Positions 48,509-61,971 of a stretch of 63,882 nt of DNA are shown here, piece by piece. The position numbers were made by a program, and so were the translations under genes. Under the pieces are notes generated by a model, which worked only from the letters and a program-made list of their open reading frames with translations, was not told the origin of the DNA and made no database searches. Origin of the DNA: Malacoraja senta (lineage: Eukaryota); the NCBI GenBank assembly GCA_038087875.1, contig CM075991.1:9736001-9799882 (forward strand), written 5' to 3'. How positions within the stretch are numbered: position 1 is the first letter of the stretch; each line of letters starts with the position of its first letter.

Positions 48509-48675
48509 TTTTTTAAAATCTTGCAGGAAATAAAACTCTCTTTCCCCATACTTCCTTTGCCCCATCGACACCAGTGCCTTCATAACATACACAAGGTTTC
48601 TCAGGAATACTTCTATCATGTTAAGGCAGAACTACCTGTAAATAACTACTGTAAATCTTTCTCAGTCAGTAATAA

Positions 48676-48980
48676 TTTAGTTTGGTTTAGTTTAGAGATT
48701 CCGTGTGGAAACAGGCCCTTCGGCCCACCGAGTCCGTGCCCACCAGCAATCCCCGCACATTTACACCATCCTACTCACACTTGGGACAATTTACAATTAT
48801 ACAACGCCATTTAACCTACAAACATGCACGTCCTTGGAGTGTGGGAGGAAACCGGAGATCCCGGAGAAAACCCACGCAGGCCACGGGGAGAACGTGCAAA
48901 CTCCGTACAGACAGCACCCATAGTCAGGATCGAACCCGGGTTTCTGGCGCTATTAGGCAGCAAATCTACCGCTGCCCACT
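48676..48980 (-). mobile_element. HE1/V-SINE
   Basis: Full SINE on the - strand. Confidence 0.88.
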
Positions 48981-49059
48981 ACCCATCCGCCCGCTTCTAT
49001 CATGTTAAGGCAGAACTACCTGTAATAACTATTCTTCCTCGATCAGTGATGTCGATTGG

Positions 49060-49212
49060 GGGAGTCGGTTCTAGGCAGAATACTGGGTATTTTTTACATG
49101 TGGTCCTCTTAAAAAATAATGCCCGGGAGCTTTGCTGTGCACTTGAAAGGGCTGAAAAGGGTTGAGTTTAACATCTCATCAGAGAGCTGACACCTCTGAC
49201 ACTGCAGCACTG
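49060..49212 (-). mobile_element. Deu-domain SINE relic
   Basis: GTTTAACATCTCATC...CACCTCTGACACTGCAGCACT is close to the reverse complement of the Deu core as recalled. Confidence 0.6.
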
Positions 49213-49333
49213 TAGGTAGCTGGCAATATATTTGTTCACCATTATGATTCAGTAACTTCCAGCTCAGCTGGCGATAGCAGGAGGCATCGACTGAGAAATG
49301 GATTCAGCCCACATTGCGATACCTTTCAGAATA

Positions 49334-49770
49334 ACATAGAAACATTGAAAATAGGTGCAGGAGTAGGCCATTCAACCCTTCGAGCCAGCACCGCCATTCA
49401 ATATGATCATGGCTGATCATCCAAAATCAGTACCCAGTTCCTGCTTTCTCCCCATATCCCTTGATTCCGTTAGCCCGAAAAGCTAAATCTAACTCTCGCT
49501 TGAAAACATCCAGTGAATTGGCCTCCACTGCCTTCTGTGGCAGAGAATTCCTCAGATTCACAACTCTCTGGGTGAAAAGTTTTTTCCTCATCTCAGTCCT
49601 AAATGGCCTACCCCTTATTCTTAACCTGTGACCCCTGGTTCTAGACTCTTCCAAGATGGGGAACATTTCTCCTGCATCTAGCCTGTCCAATCCCTTAAGA
49701 ATTTAATATATTTTTTATAAGATCCCCTCTCTTCCTTCTAAATTCTTGTGAATATGAGCCCAGTCGATAT
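49334..49770 (-). mobile_element. CR1 3' fragment
   Basis: RTRGHRLRIRGRPFRTEMRKKLFTQRVVNL. Confidence 0.88.
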
Positions 49771-49944
49771 CCAAACAAATTAGGGTAGAGATTTAAAAGG
49801 GACCTCAGGTTCATCCGTAACTGGAACGACTGCCAAAGAAACCTATAGAGGTGGATATAATGATGACTTTCAGAAGACATGTTCGACAGGTATATGGATA
49901 AGAAGGCTTTAGAGGGATGTGGGCCAAATGCAGGCAAAAGATCA

Positions 49945-50235
49945 GGTGCGGTAGAGTTACCACCTTACAGCGCCTGAGTCCAGGGTTCGATCCTGACTAC
50001 GGGTGCTGTCTGTACGGAGTTTGTACGTTCTCCTCGTGACCGAGTGGGTTTTCTCTGGGTGCTCCGGTTTCTTCCCACACTCAAAAGACGTACAGGTTTG
50101 CAGGTTAATTGGCTTTGGTAAAAATAATATGTTGTCCCTAGTGTGTGTAGGATGGTGCTAGTGTATGAGCATCGCTGGTCGCCGTGGACTAGGTGGGCCG
50201 AAGGGCCTGTTTCCACGCTGTATCTCCAAACTAAA
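49945..50235 (+). mobile_element. HE1/V-SINE
   Basis: Head, V-domain and tail all present. Confidence 0.88.
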
Positions 50236-51157
50236 CGGGACTAGCCCAGAATGCCAACTTGGTTTGCATGGACAAGGTGGGCCGAAGGGTCTGTTTGCTG
50301 CTTTGCAGCTCGATACCTCTCTAAGTTGCTGTCACTTCTCAACTCAGCTTACACACGAAGGGGGAGAAAAAAGTATGGGTTGTTGAAGGGTGGTGCGGAG
50401 GTCGGTCAGAGCGAGACGGACCTTGGAATTCCTCTCTGCCTCAAGGATTGGAAAGGGATCAATCCAAGATGAAATCTTTTTAGTTCTTTTTTCCAAACTC
50501 GGGAAGAGCAAAAGAGGAAAAATGTGGGAGCCAGAACTGCAAAGACGAAAGAAAAAGAAGCAGGAGCTGCAATAACTCTGCAAGAGTTGTAATAATTCTT
50601 CTTATGGAAGGAAGCAATTGTTTTTGAGATAGCAAGAAAGAAGACTTTTGAGAAGTTGCCAAGGCTGGGGAAGTTTTATTTTGAGCAGAGATTGGCCGCA
50701 ACTGGGGCTTGTTTGTTTTCTTTGGAGCAGAGGAAATGGAGGGGAGATTTTATTGAGTAATAAATTATAAGGGGTATGAAAAGAGAGGATTCCTTGGTTT
50801 CCCCTGGAGATCACTAACAAGAGGGCACAGATTTAAAATAATTGGTCGGAGGATTAGATGGGATGTGGAGAGAAATGTTTGCAGCCAGGGGGAGGTTGGG
50901 GGCTGGAACTCACTGTCTGAAAGGGTGGTGGAGGCAGGAATGTCCGTCTCATTTTTAAAGGGGCTCTTGGACAGCTGTAAGCTGCAAGGGTGGGGAACGG
51001 CGGCTGGGAAACGGGATGAGGGTGGATTGCTCTTTATCAGCGTGGACATGATGGGCCGAATGGCCTCCCCCGTGTGTGGTCCATTTCTTGGAAGGGTCCC
51101 CAACCCGAAACGTCGCCTATCCATGTCCTCCAGAGAAGCTGCCTGACCCACGGAGTT

Positions 51158-51586
51158 ACATAGAAAATAGAGAAAATAGGTGCAGGAGGAGGCCATTCGG
51201 CCCTTCGAGCCAGTACCGCCATTCATTGGGATCATGGCTGATCGTCCCCTATCAATAACCCGTGCCTGCCTTCTCCCCATATCCCTTGACTCCTCTAGCC
51301 CCTAGAGCTCTATCTAACTCTCTCTTAAATCCATCCAGTGACTTGGCCTCCACTGCCCTCTGTGGCAGGGAATTCCATAAATTCACAACTCTCTGGGTGA
51401 AAAAGTTTTTTCTCACCTCAGTCTTAAATTACCTCCCCTTTATTCTATGACTGTGGCCCCTGGTTCTGGACTCGCCCAACATTGGGAACATTTTTCCTGC
51501 ATCTAGCTTGCCCAGTCCTTTTATAATTTTATATGTTTCTATAAGAATCCCCCTCATCCTTCTAAACTCCAGTGAATACAAGCCTA
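51158..51586 (-). mobile_element. CR1 3' fragment inserted in a Penelope end (51085-51157 / 51587-51640)
   Basis: Nearly identical to the reverse complement of 17917-18381. Confidence 0.88.
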
Positions 51587-51829
51587 TTCCTCCAGCACTT
51601 TGCGTTTTTACTAAAGATTCCAGCATCTACAGTTCCTGTGCCTTCATTTCTAAGACCCTTTGGACCATGTTGTGAATGAGGATGAGTCTATTGGGATGAT
51701 ACATGACTTTGTCTACATAGCCCATGCGATGAAATACTTTGGTGATGATAATTGAGTGTACTGACTTGGAGAAGGGTTTCCTCTGGAGGGGGGTGGGGGG
51801 GGGAGGGGGCAGGGGGGATGTGTCATAAG

Positions 51830-52581
51830 TTGGCCGATTAGGAAAAGGGGAGATGCAACGAGACCTGGGTGTCATGGTACACCAGTCATTAAAAGTAGGC
51901 AAGCAGGTGCAGCAGGCAGTGAAGAAGGCGAATGGTATGTTAGCATTCATAGCAAAAAGATTTGAGTATAGGAGCAGGGAGGTTCTACTGCAGTTGTACA
52001 GGGTCTTGGTGAGACCACACCTGGAGTATTGCGTACAGTTTTGGTCTCCTAATCTGAGGAAAGACATTCTTGCCATAGAGGGAGTACAGAGAAGGTTCAC
52101 CAGACTGATTCCTGGGATGTCAGGACTTTCATATGAAGAAAGACTGGATAGACTCGGTTTGTACTCGCTAGAATTTAGAAGATTGAGGGGGGATCTTATA
52201 GAAACGTACAAAATTCTTAAGGGGTTGGACAGGCTAGATGCAGGAAGATTGTTCCCGATGTTGGGGAAGTCCAGAACAAGGGGTCACAGTTTAAGGATAA
52301 GGGGGAAATCTTTTAGGACCGAGATGAGGAAAACATTTTTCACACAGAGAGTGGTGAATCTGTGGAAATCACAGAAGGTGGTTGAGGCCAGTTCATTGGC
52401 TATATTTAAGAGGGAGTTAGATGTGGCCCTTTTGGCTAAAGGGATCAGGGGGTATGGAGAGAAAGCAGGTACAGGATACTGAGTTGGATGATCAGCCATG
52501 ATCATATTGAATGGCGGTGCAGGCTCGACGGGCCGAATAGCCTACTCCTGCAGCTATTTTCTATGTTTCTATGTTTCTATG
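51830..52581 (+). mobile_element. CR1 LINE, longest fragment (209-aa RT C-terminus)
   Basis: RDLGVMVHQSLK...[19 protein letters not shown]...RRLRGDLIETYKIL; (CTATGTTT)n tail. Confidence 0.95.
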
Positions 52582-52924
52582 TAAGTTTTCATGGAAGAAA
52601 CTATTAAATTGTTATCCTTTATATGTGACTCCGGGCTTCCCAATGTCATTTACTCCTAACTGTCTCCTAAATCAAGTGGCAGCGACAATAAATAGTGGTC
52701 TTGCCACCAATCCTATGAGCAGTGATGAAAAGAAAATGTCTCCAGAGCGTGATAACGTTGTCTGTTGTCCTGGTCTATCAGTTCTCGTTCCGGGAACTCC
52801 AGAACCTTATATATCCCCATCACCACAGTGCCCGGAGGAACCGCACAATATGGAAATCCTTCCCTACCACCTCACACTTCGTCTGCCTCGATTTTTGCCC
52901 CCCGATGAGAATCTTTTTTTTTTT

Positions 52925-53200
52925 TAAGAGATACAACGCAGAAGCAGGCCTTTTCGGCCCACCAGCAATCCCCGCACATTAACACTATCCTACACACACA
53001 CTAGGGGCGATTTTACATTTACGCAGCCAATTAACCAACAAGTCTTTGGAGTGCGGGAAGAACCTGAAGATCTCTGAGAAAACCCACGCAGGTCACGGGG
53101 AGAGCGTGCAAACTCCGTACAGACAGCACCCGTAGTCAGCATCGAACCCGGGACTCTGGCGCTGCAAGGGCAGCAAAACGACCGCTGTTCCATCGTGCAC
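52925..53200 (-). mobile_element. HE1/V-SINE
   Basis: SINE on the - strand. Confidence 0.85.
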
Positions 53201-53448
53201 CCTCACCCTAGTCTTAAATTTGCTCCCAACATTCCTCAGCGTCCATTCCTGATAGTTCCCATCACTGACATCATCCCTGTTCTTCCTTCAATGTGTAATA
53301 AATATTTGTTGCTCACTTGAATACAAAGCAGTGAACAACAGTCAGACAACACAATGTAAAAAAAAATGGCTGTGTATTAAGGACTGTTATTGTCAATACC
53401 TGAATGATACAAATGTCTTTGTTGCTTTTCACTCAATGGATCTCTAGT

Positions 53449-53651
53449 GTAGGAACTGCGCATGCAGGTTTATACCGAAGATGGACATAAAATGCTGGAA
53501 CGATTCAGCGGGACAGGCAGCATCTCTGGATAGAAGGAATAGGTGACGTTTCCGGTCGGGGCCCTTCTTCAGACTTGAAACATCACCCATTCCTTCTATC
53601 CACAGATGCTGCATGTCCCGCTGAGTTACTCCAGCAATTTTGTGTCGATCT
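53449..53651. mobile_element. Penelope-end foldback with 16-bp TSD
   Basis: TCAATGGATCTCTAGT (53433-53448) / TCAATGGATTTCTAGT (53652-53667). Confidence 0.85.
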
Positions 53652-53799
53652 TCAATGGATTTCTAGTTCCTTGTTCAATTACATTTTTTTCTTAGTTTTT
53701 GCATAGTTATCCACATTATATTGCCTAGTTTTAGTGAGGATGGTTAGAATGGGGTTGGATTTGAGAGCCCCACCTTCACTGTTCACTGGGACTAAATCT

Positions 53800-54080
53800 T
53801 TGCAGATACAGCGTGGAAACAGGCCATTCGGCCCACCCAGTCCACTCCGACCAGCGACCACCTTGTACACTAGCAGTATCCTACACACTAGGGACAATGT
53901 TACAATTTACTGAAACTGTAGACCTGCACGTCTTTGAAATGGGGGAGGAAACCAGAGCACCCGGAGAAAACCCACAAGGTCGCAGGGAGAACGTACAAAC
54001 TCCGTACAGACAGCACCCGTAGTCAGGATCGAACCAGGGTCTTTGGTGCTGTAAGGCAGTAACTCTACCGCTGCGCCATT
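53800..54080 (-). mobile_element. HE1/V-SINE
   Basis: SINE on the - strand. Confidence 0.85.
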
Positions 54081-54824
54081 CATAAGTTATAGGAGCAGTG
54101 TAAGACCATTCGGCCCATCAAGTCTACTCCGCCATTCATTCATGGCTGATCTATCTATCCCTCGGCCACCGTGCTAGAATTCGCGCCTCAGTTGCTCTGC
54201 GGGAGCAGCTTCTCCAAGGAGGGCTAAAGTGGCTCAAGAAGAAGCCTCACCATCTTCTCACGGGCAACTACAGGGCGCGCAGTAAATCTGGCTTTGCCTC
54301 TAACATCCCCATCCAGCAAATTAATTTACAAAGAAGAACAAAACCTCCAAAGTGCTTCGTCGCGTCCTGGGATGTCCTGAGGTTTCGTATGTTGAGATGT
54401 AAATTCAACACTTGCTTTATCGGGAGCGTATCAGTGGTGGGGCTTGCTGTCAGTGCAATGACTCGCTGGAGGAGTGAGATGAAGAGGCTGTCAGGAGTGA
54501 TCGTGTTTGATGTTCAGGCTCTCTGCCTCTCTTTCTCTCGCTGTCTGTCAGCCTCCCTGCAGCCACCAGGGAGCTGTTGAAGCTCAGGTTTCAGTGTCTC
54601 TGCATTAACCAGTCCCTTCGTGACTCACTCTCACAAGGCTGCCTGCAAAATGAAAGGCTTGCAGAGAATCTTCACCCAGCTAACAGTTTTGCACAGTTTA
54701 CGGCTCTTTATTTCAGGCATGGGTTCCCATCCTCATTGCTCACACGTTACATAAAATGTTACAGTGGCTGCGACGTACTCACACCGAAAAACAGAGGCCT
54801 TCTTGCCAGTGTCATGGGCCCATA

Positions 54825-55453
54825 CTACACCCACATACAATCACAAATACACACGCATGCTCACACGCATACATGCACACGCACACATGCACACACAATC
54901 GCAGACACACACGCACAATCACAGATTCACACGCACAAACACAGATACACATACGTACACGCATGCACACACGCACATGCACACATTTACAATCACAGAT
55001 ACACATATGCACACACACACGCACGCACAATCACAGATACACGCACACATGTACACACAATCACAAATACACACGCACAATCAGATTGACACGCACAAAC
55101 ACAGATACACATACGTACACGCATGCACACACGCACATGCACACATTTACAATCACAGATACACATATGCAAACACGCGCACCCGCACAATCACAGATAT
55201 ACACGCACACACATACGCGCTATCACAGATACACACACACACACGCGCACAATCACAGATACACATACGTACACACACGCACATATTTGCAATCACAGAT
55301 ACACATATGCACACACATGTACACACACATGCACACCCACACATGCTCAAGCACACAATCGCGCACACACTCACAGCCACACACACAGATGCACAGATGC
55401 ACATATACACACACACACACACAGAGATGCACAAACGCACACAAACACACACA

Positions 55454-55521
<68 letters not shown>

Positions 55522-55545
55522 TGCACACACGCACACAAACACACA

Positions 55546-55627
<82 letters not shown>

Positions 55628-55643
55628 GATGCACACACGCACA

Positions 55644-55694
<51 letters not shown>

Positions 55695-55820
55695 ACACAC
55701 ACATACACACACATACACACACATAAACATATAAAAACACATGTAGACATGCATACAGACTTGCGAATAGACACACCAAAAACACATGCACACACTTACA
55801 AAAATACACACATACACACA
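54825..55820. repeat. CA-rich micro/minisatellite with a recurring ACAATCACAGATAC unit
   Basis: Direct reading; source of the His/Thr and Val/Cys ORFs. Confidence 0.95.
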
Positions 55821-56218
55821 TAAAAAATCCACATGATTTCCCTCGACAATCACTCCCCTCCGTCTGGGCGGAATTGTCCTCACCCTCAGCATCATCTGTT
55901 TCGACTCCCCTGACTTTATCCAAGATAGTCACCTGTCCATTGTTCTCCAGGGATGCTGCCTGACCCACTGAGTCGCTCTGGCACTTGGTGTCTTTCCTTG
56001 GTAAACCGGCATCTGCAGTTCCTTGTTTCTACACCTCCTGCTATATACGTAGGGCCCACAGGACAATGCCGGTGTATGGAGCTTGATCAAGTGACCAGGC
56101 TGGCACCTGGAGAAAACCCACGCAGGTCACGGGGAGAACGTACAAACTCCATACAAACAGCACCCCTAGTTAGAATCGAACCCAGGTCTCTGGCTCTGTA
56201 AGGCAGCAACTCGACCGG

Positions 56219-56627
56219 TTGTTAAGGGCTTGGACACGCTAGAGGCAGGAAACATGTTCCCGATGTTGGGGAATTCCAGAACCAGGGGCCACAGTTTAAG
56301 AATAAGGAGTAAGCCATTTAGAACGGAGACGAGGAAACACTTTTTCTCACAGAGAGTGGTGAGTCTGTGGAATTCTCTGCCTCAGAGGGCGGTGGAGGCC
56401 GGTTCTCTGGATACTTTCAAGAGAGAGCTAGATAGGGCTCTTAAAAATAGCGGAGTCAGGGGATATGGGGAGAAGGCAGGAACGGGGTACTGATTGGGGA
56501 TGATCAGCCATGATCACATTGAATGGCGGTGCTGGCTCGAATGGCCAAATGGCCTACTCCTGCACCTATTGTCTATTGTCTATTGTCTATTGTCTATTGT
56601 CTATTGTCTATTGTCTATTGTCTATTG
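56219..56627 (+). mobile_element. CR1 3' fragment with an (ATTGTCT)n tail
   Basis: 87-aa ORF2 end; heptamer tail at ~56567-56627. Confidence 0.92.
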
Positions 56628-57434
56628 CCACTGTGCCACCCTGGAATGGCAGCGTGCCGTGTACCCCTTGCAGGAGAGGAAGGAGGACAACGAGTTGCCA
56701 AATTTCTACTGTGCATTTCTAGGCAGCACTGCACCAAAAAGGGCATCGTCGTGATTAAACAAGGCACCTCGCCATTTGTTTAAAGACAGCCAGCAATGGC
56801 CATGCACTAGGATTTCACGCTGCATCGTGCTGGATCTAATTGAATCCTGCTTGCCAAACTGGAGACTGACCAGGATTAGTAGAAGCTGCCTGAGTGCCAG
56901 TCACATTGTTTTGACGCCTCAAACTGGAGAGCAGAGGGAGCCAAGCTTGTTGATAACTGGAGGCCGATTGTAGCAATCACATTTGTTGCATATTAGGCAG
57001 GGGATGTAAATCAAAGAGGTTGGAGGTCCTTCACCGAATCCCTGCCCTTTACTTTTACTAGCTACATTCCACTGCTGCTGGGTCTCCCTTCCCGCTGTGA
57101 TCTCCCCACCTCCCCCCCTGCTCGCCCCCTCCCCACTCTTCGTGAGCCCCTCCTGAGTGCACCCAGTCTCCATAGCCCAGGGCTCTCTGAGGTGGGTCGG
57201 GGTGGGGGAGGACTTGGCAGGGCTGCGATTTGTAGCGCTAGGGGGTCAGAGGTGACAGGTCAAAGAGATTGACACCACTGGCTACCTCTCCTACTCCTTC
57301 CCCACCCCCCCCCCCCCCCTTCCACCACCACGACTTAAAAGCCAGCAGCATTTTACCGCTCGAGTTGCACGGAAGTTGTTGACTGACCTCCACTCTGCCC
57401 CGGTTCACAGCACCCAAAGGGAGCAACGTTGATT

Positions 57435-57950
57435 CGTTTAGTTTGGAGATACAGTGCGGAAACAGGCCCTTGGGCCCACCGAATCTTCACCCAACCAGCG
57501 ACCCCTGTACTATCCAACACACTATGTTCCCCATGTTGGGGGAGGCCAGACACAGGGGCCACAGTTTAAGAAAAAGGAGTAAGCCATTTAGAACGGAGAC
57601 GAGGAAACACTTTTTTCTCACAGAGAGTGGTGAGTCTGTGGAATCCTCTGCCTCAGAGGGCGGTGGAGGCCGGTTCTCTGGATGCTTTCAAGAGAGAGCT
57701 AGATAGGGCTCTTAAAAATAGCGGAGTCAGGGGATATGGGGAGAAGGCAGGGACGGGGTACTGATTTGGGAAGATCAGCCATGATCACATTGAATGGTGG
57801 TGCTGGCTCGAATGGCCAAATGGCCTACTCCTGCACCTTTTGTCTATTGTCTATTGACAATTTACAATTTTTACCGCAATTTTTACACGTCATAGGAGTG
57901 TGGGAGGAAACCGGAGCACCCGGAGAAAAACCCTATGCAGGTCACGGGCA
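57435..57950. mobile_element. HE1/V-SINE (-) split by a CR1 (+, ~57522-57856)
   Basis: SINE halves flank a CR1 3' fragment. Confidence 0.8.
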
Positions 57951-58611
57951 AATATATGTGAAGCCCTCAGTGTTAGACGTCTCTGAGGGAAGCCTCTCAT
58001 AAACATGGTTCTACATCAGCACCACTGTATTTTATTAGATTAGATGCTTTCTCATGTTTAACTGCTAACAGACACTATTCATCATGTATATATATATATA
58101 TAAATATATTTTAATAAGCAGACTTAATTGCAACACATTCTCTTTATGATCCATAGTTTACATCTAGTAGCTGAAAGGCTTCCTGAAAAACACACTCGAA
58201 TGGCAGTATTGATCCCAGTTTAACTTCAAGACTATGTATTGATCAGCGGAGATTACCAACTGAGAAACTCTCGATCAATTTCCTTTCTGAGGATGTGACG
58301 CTCCCGAGTTGTTCTCTGTCATTAAACTGAGGGGATCCGGGAGCTCGGAGACAGGATTCCCAGGATTAGGGAAAACCTGCTGCCGATTGGTTGAGCCACA
58401 TAGCAACAAGGGCAGATTTGGTCTTTGTCACCCATTTGGGACTCTCTTTGTCCACCGGGGACACCAGGAACTGCAGATGGTGGTTTACAAAGAAAGTCAC
58501 ACAGTGCTGGAGGAACTCAGCGGGTCAGGCAGCATCTCTGGAGAACATGGATAGGTGACGTTTTGAGTCAAGACCATTCTTCAGACTTAGTTTAGTTGGT
58601 TACTGTCACAT

Positions 58612-59430
58612 CATAAGGAACAGGAGTAGAATTAGGTCATTCGGCCCATCAAGTCTACTCCACCATTCAATCATGGCTGATCTATCTCTCCCTCTTAACC
58701 CCATTCTCCTGCCTTCTCCCCATAACCTCTGACATCCGTACTAATCAAGAATCTATCTATCTCTGCCTTCAAAATATCCACTGACGGCCTTCTGTGGCAA
58801 ATAATTCCACAGATTCACCACCCTCTGACTAAAGAAATTTCTCCTAATCTCCTTCGTAAAAGAACATCCTTTAATTCTGAGCTATGACCTCTAGTCCTGG
58901 ACTCTCCCACTAGTGGAAATATCCTCTCCACATCCACTCCTATCCAAGGTACACAAAAATGCTGGAGAAACTCAGCGGGTGCAGCAGCATCTATGGAGCG
59001 AAGAAAATAGGCAACGTTTCGGGCCGAAACCCTTCTTCAGACTGATAGGGGGGGGGGAGAAGAGAAGGAAAAAGGAGGAGGAGGAGCCCGAGGGCTGAGG
59101 GAGAGATAGGAAGGGGAGGAGACAGCAGGGGCTAACAAAATTGGGAGAATTCAATGTTCATGCCCACAGGATGCAGACTCCCCAAGCGGAATATGAGGTG
59201 CTGTTCCTCCAATTTCCGGTGTTGCTCGCTCTGGCCACGGAGGAGACCCAGGACAGAGTCTATCCAAGTCTTTCACTATTCTGCAATGTTTCAATGAGGT
59301 CCCCCCACATTCTTCCGAACTCCAGCGAGTACATGCCCAGTGCCGACAAATGCTCATCATGGGTTAACCATTCCTGGGATCATTCTTGTAATCCTCCTCT
59401 GGACCCTCTCCAGAGCCAGCACATCCTTGA
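58612..59430 (-). mobile_element. CR1 fragment with a nested Penelope (58949-59259)
   Basis: TSD CTATCCAAG (58940-58948, 59260-59268). Confidence 0.85.
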
Positions 59431-59441
59431 CATACACAGAT

Positions 59442-59705
59442 GCAAGGTTTGCACCCTAGTGACATAAACATTGAATTCTCCCATTTCCGGTAGCACTTGC
59501 TGTCTCCTCCACTTCTCAGCTCTCCCTAAGCCCTCGGGCTCCTCCTCTTCCTTTTTCCTTTCTTCTCCCTGCCCCCCCCCCCCCCCCCCCCCCCCACCTC
59601 CCACCCTCCATCAGTCTGAAGAAGGGTTTCGGCCCGAAACGTTGCCTATTTCCCTCGCTCCATAGATGCTGCTGCACCCGCTGAGTTTCTCCAGCATTTT
59701 TGTCT
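59442..59705 (+). mobile_element. Penelope 3' fragment with 21-bp TSD
   Basis: ACATCCTTGACATACACAGAT at 59421-59441 and 59706-59726. Confidence 0.88.
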
Positions 59706-59744
59706 ACATCCTTGACATACACAGATTGAATTAATTTAGCTGCT

Positions 59745-59965
59745 GGTGTGAGTCTGTGGAATTCTCTGCCTCAGAGGGTGGTGGAGGCCGGTTCTCTGGA
59801 TACTTTCAAGAGAGAGCTAGATAGGGGTTTTAAAGCTAGCGGAGTCAGGGTATATGGGGAGTAGGCTGGAACGGGGTACTGATTGGGGATGATCAGCCAT
59901 GATAACAGTGAATGGCGGTGCTGGCTCGAAGGGCCGAATGGCCTACTCCTGCACCTATTGTCTTT
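59745..59965 (+). mobile_element. CR1 3' fragment
   Basis: VSLWNSLPQRVVEAG and tail. Confidence 0.85.
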
Positions 59966-60414
59966 GTATATTGGTGTTGGGACAAACCCCAGAGCAGTAC
60001 TTTGACGGAATCGCAAGTGTCAGGAGTGGGGCTTGAACCCACCACCTCCTGGTTCAGACTCCTCCATTGCATGGGATGTTGCAGATCAGCCAATGCTCGA
60101 GTACCTGTAACCTGAGAAACCTGAGGGCGATCTTGAGCCAGCCCATCTTTTGTTTTGAAACCTACCCCCTCTCCTCCCTTCCTGGTGATCCAGAGATCGG
60201 ATGCAGCAGGGAACACGAGATCCTAAAACAAACACCGTCAGTCCAAATTCAGAAATTGACAAGTTCCATCTGGAACCGTCCTTGTGAGAATACAGAGATT
60301 GATCCTCCGTTATCAAAGGTGACACCAGTGACTACCCCGGAAACTCCAGCCAACACGTCACACATGGCCAGTAGAAATGGTTCTGTATCTGGAGCAGAGT
60401 TATGGCATTATGTG

Positions 60415-60692
60415 GGTGTCAGGGTGGCGCAGCGGTAGAGTTGCTGCCTCACAGCGCCAAAGACCCAGGTTAGATCCTGACTATGGGTGCTGTCCGTGCA
60501 GAGTTGATGCGGTGACCCCGTGGGTTTTCTCCGGGTGCTCCGGCCTTCTCCCCACACTCCAAAGACACACAGGTTTGTAGGTTGGCTTCGGTAAAGATTG
60601 CAAATTGGTCCTAGTATGTAGGTTAGTGCTAGTCGGCGAGGACTCGGTGGGCCGAAGGGCCTGTTTCCCAGCTGTATATCGAAATTAAACTA
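60415..60692 (+). mobile_element. HE1/V-SINE
   Basis: GGGTGGCGCAGCGGTAGAGTTGCTGCC head; tail present. Confidence 0.85.
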
Positions 60693-61084
60693 TAGCATCA
60701 AAGAGCCATTCAGCATGGAAACAGGCCCTTCAGCCCAACTCATCCATCCCAACCAAGATGCCCTGTCTATGCTAGTCCTATTTGCCCGTGTTTGGCCTGT
60801 TGTGAAGGTTGTGACCTAGAGGCACCAATCATCGTGTCATGGAGTACAAAATGGGCCCTTCAGCCCACTGAGTCCATGCTAACCATCATTCACCCATTTA
60901 CACCCAATGTTATTATTCCCAGCGAATCCACTCGCTCACACACTGGGGGTCCGCAGACACAGAGTCTGAAGAAGAGTCCTGACTTGTTGGCCATTCCCCT
61001 CCACTGCATCTGTCCATTTCTGTCTGCGGATGGTGCCTGACTTGCCGAGTTCCTCCAGCAGTTTGTTTTTCAGCATCCGGTGGT

Positions 61085-61630
61085 ACTTTCAAGGTTTTGT
61101 ATCTTCTACTCAATGGGAGAGGGGGAAAAGACGGGATGATTGGGGCGTAGGTGGTCCCTTGATTATGCTGGCTACTAGGCAGCGTGAGGTGCAGATGGAG
61201 TCAGCGGTGGGGCGGGAGAGGGTGCGGGGGGTTGGGGGGGACTGGTACGTGTGATAGACTGGGCTACATTCACGATCTCCGCGGTTTCTTGCGGAGCAGT
61301 TGTGAAACCAAACTGCGATCCTTCAAACAGGATGATTTCTACGATGCAACTGCAGAAATTCCTCAGTCATGGGAGAAATGCTGAATTTCCTTGGCCTTCT
61401 GAGAAAGTGGAGGCGTTGGTATGCGTTCATGACTTTTTGTGTCAATGTGGTTGGACGAGAACAGATTGTTGGAGGGGGGGGGGGGGAGGTTGATTTTTAC
61501 TCCTTGGAACTTGAAGCACTTGGTCATCTCAAGTATAGCACCATTGGTGCATGTACATCACCCCATTTCCTGAAGTCAATGACGTGCTCCTTTGTCATGC
61601 TGACATTGCAGGAGAGGTTGTTGTCTTGAC
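61085..61630 (-). mobile_element. Degenerate Rex1/Babar RT fragment
   Basis: Reverse complement encodes NNLSCNVSMTKEHVIDFRK and QRLHFLRR remnants. Confidence 0.65.
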
Positions 61631-61759
61631 AAGATTCCAGCATCTGCAGTCTCTCGTGTCTCCTGTCCCTTTAATTTGATTGGTGGTCGACAAGCAGTTT
61701 CACAGGCTTCAGAGTATGAAGAATTTTTAACCTGCATTTTATTTGTTTCCTCTCCTTTT

Positions 61760-61971
61760 AGCTTAGTTTAATGTGGAGATACAGCGCGGAAACAGGCCCT
61801 TCGGCCCACCGAATCCGCGCCGACCAGCGATCCCTGCACAACTAACACTATCCTTTACAATTTACAATTGTACCAGGCCAATTAGCCTACAAACCCTTAC
61901 AAAACGGAGATCGCAGAGAAAATCCACGCAGGTCACGGGGAGAGCGTACAAACTCCATACAGACAGCACCC
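61760..61971 (-). mobile_element. HE1/V-SINE fragment
   Basis: Tail and partial body. Confidence 0.8.

Noticed and set aside
50340..50770. Purine-rich stretch with short ORFs as a possible exon
   Set aside because: No match to EBF exon 7 (FFLKFFLKCNQNC) or other known proteins; splice signals unconvincing.
51853..52482. 209-aa ORF as a host gene
   Set aside because: 5'-truncated CR1 reverse transcriptase C-terminus.
54577..55968. Long His/Thr-rich and Val/Cys-rich ORFs (up to 355 aa)
   Set aside because: Translations of the CA/TG satellite; open in all frames.
60010..60065. tRNA-like T-arm (GGTTCAAGCCCC) on the minus strand, and similar boxes in V-SINE heads
   Set aside because: No complete cloverleaf; these are SINE heads, not tRNA genes.
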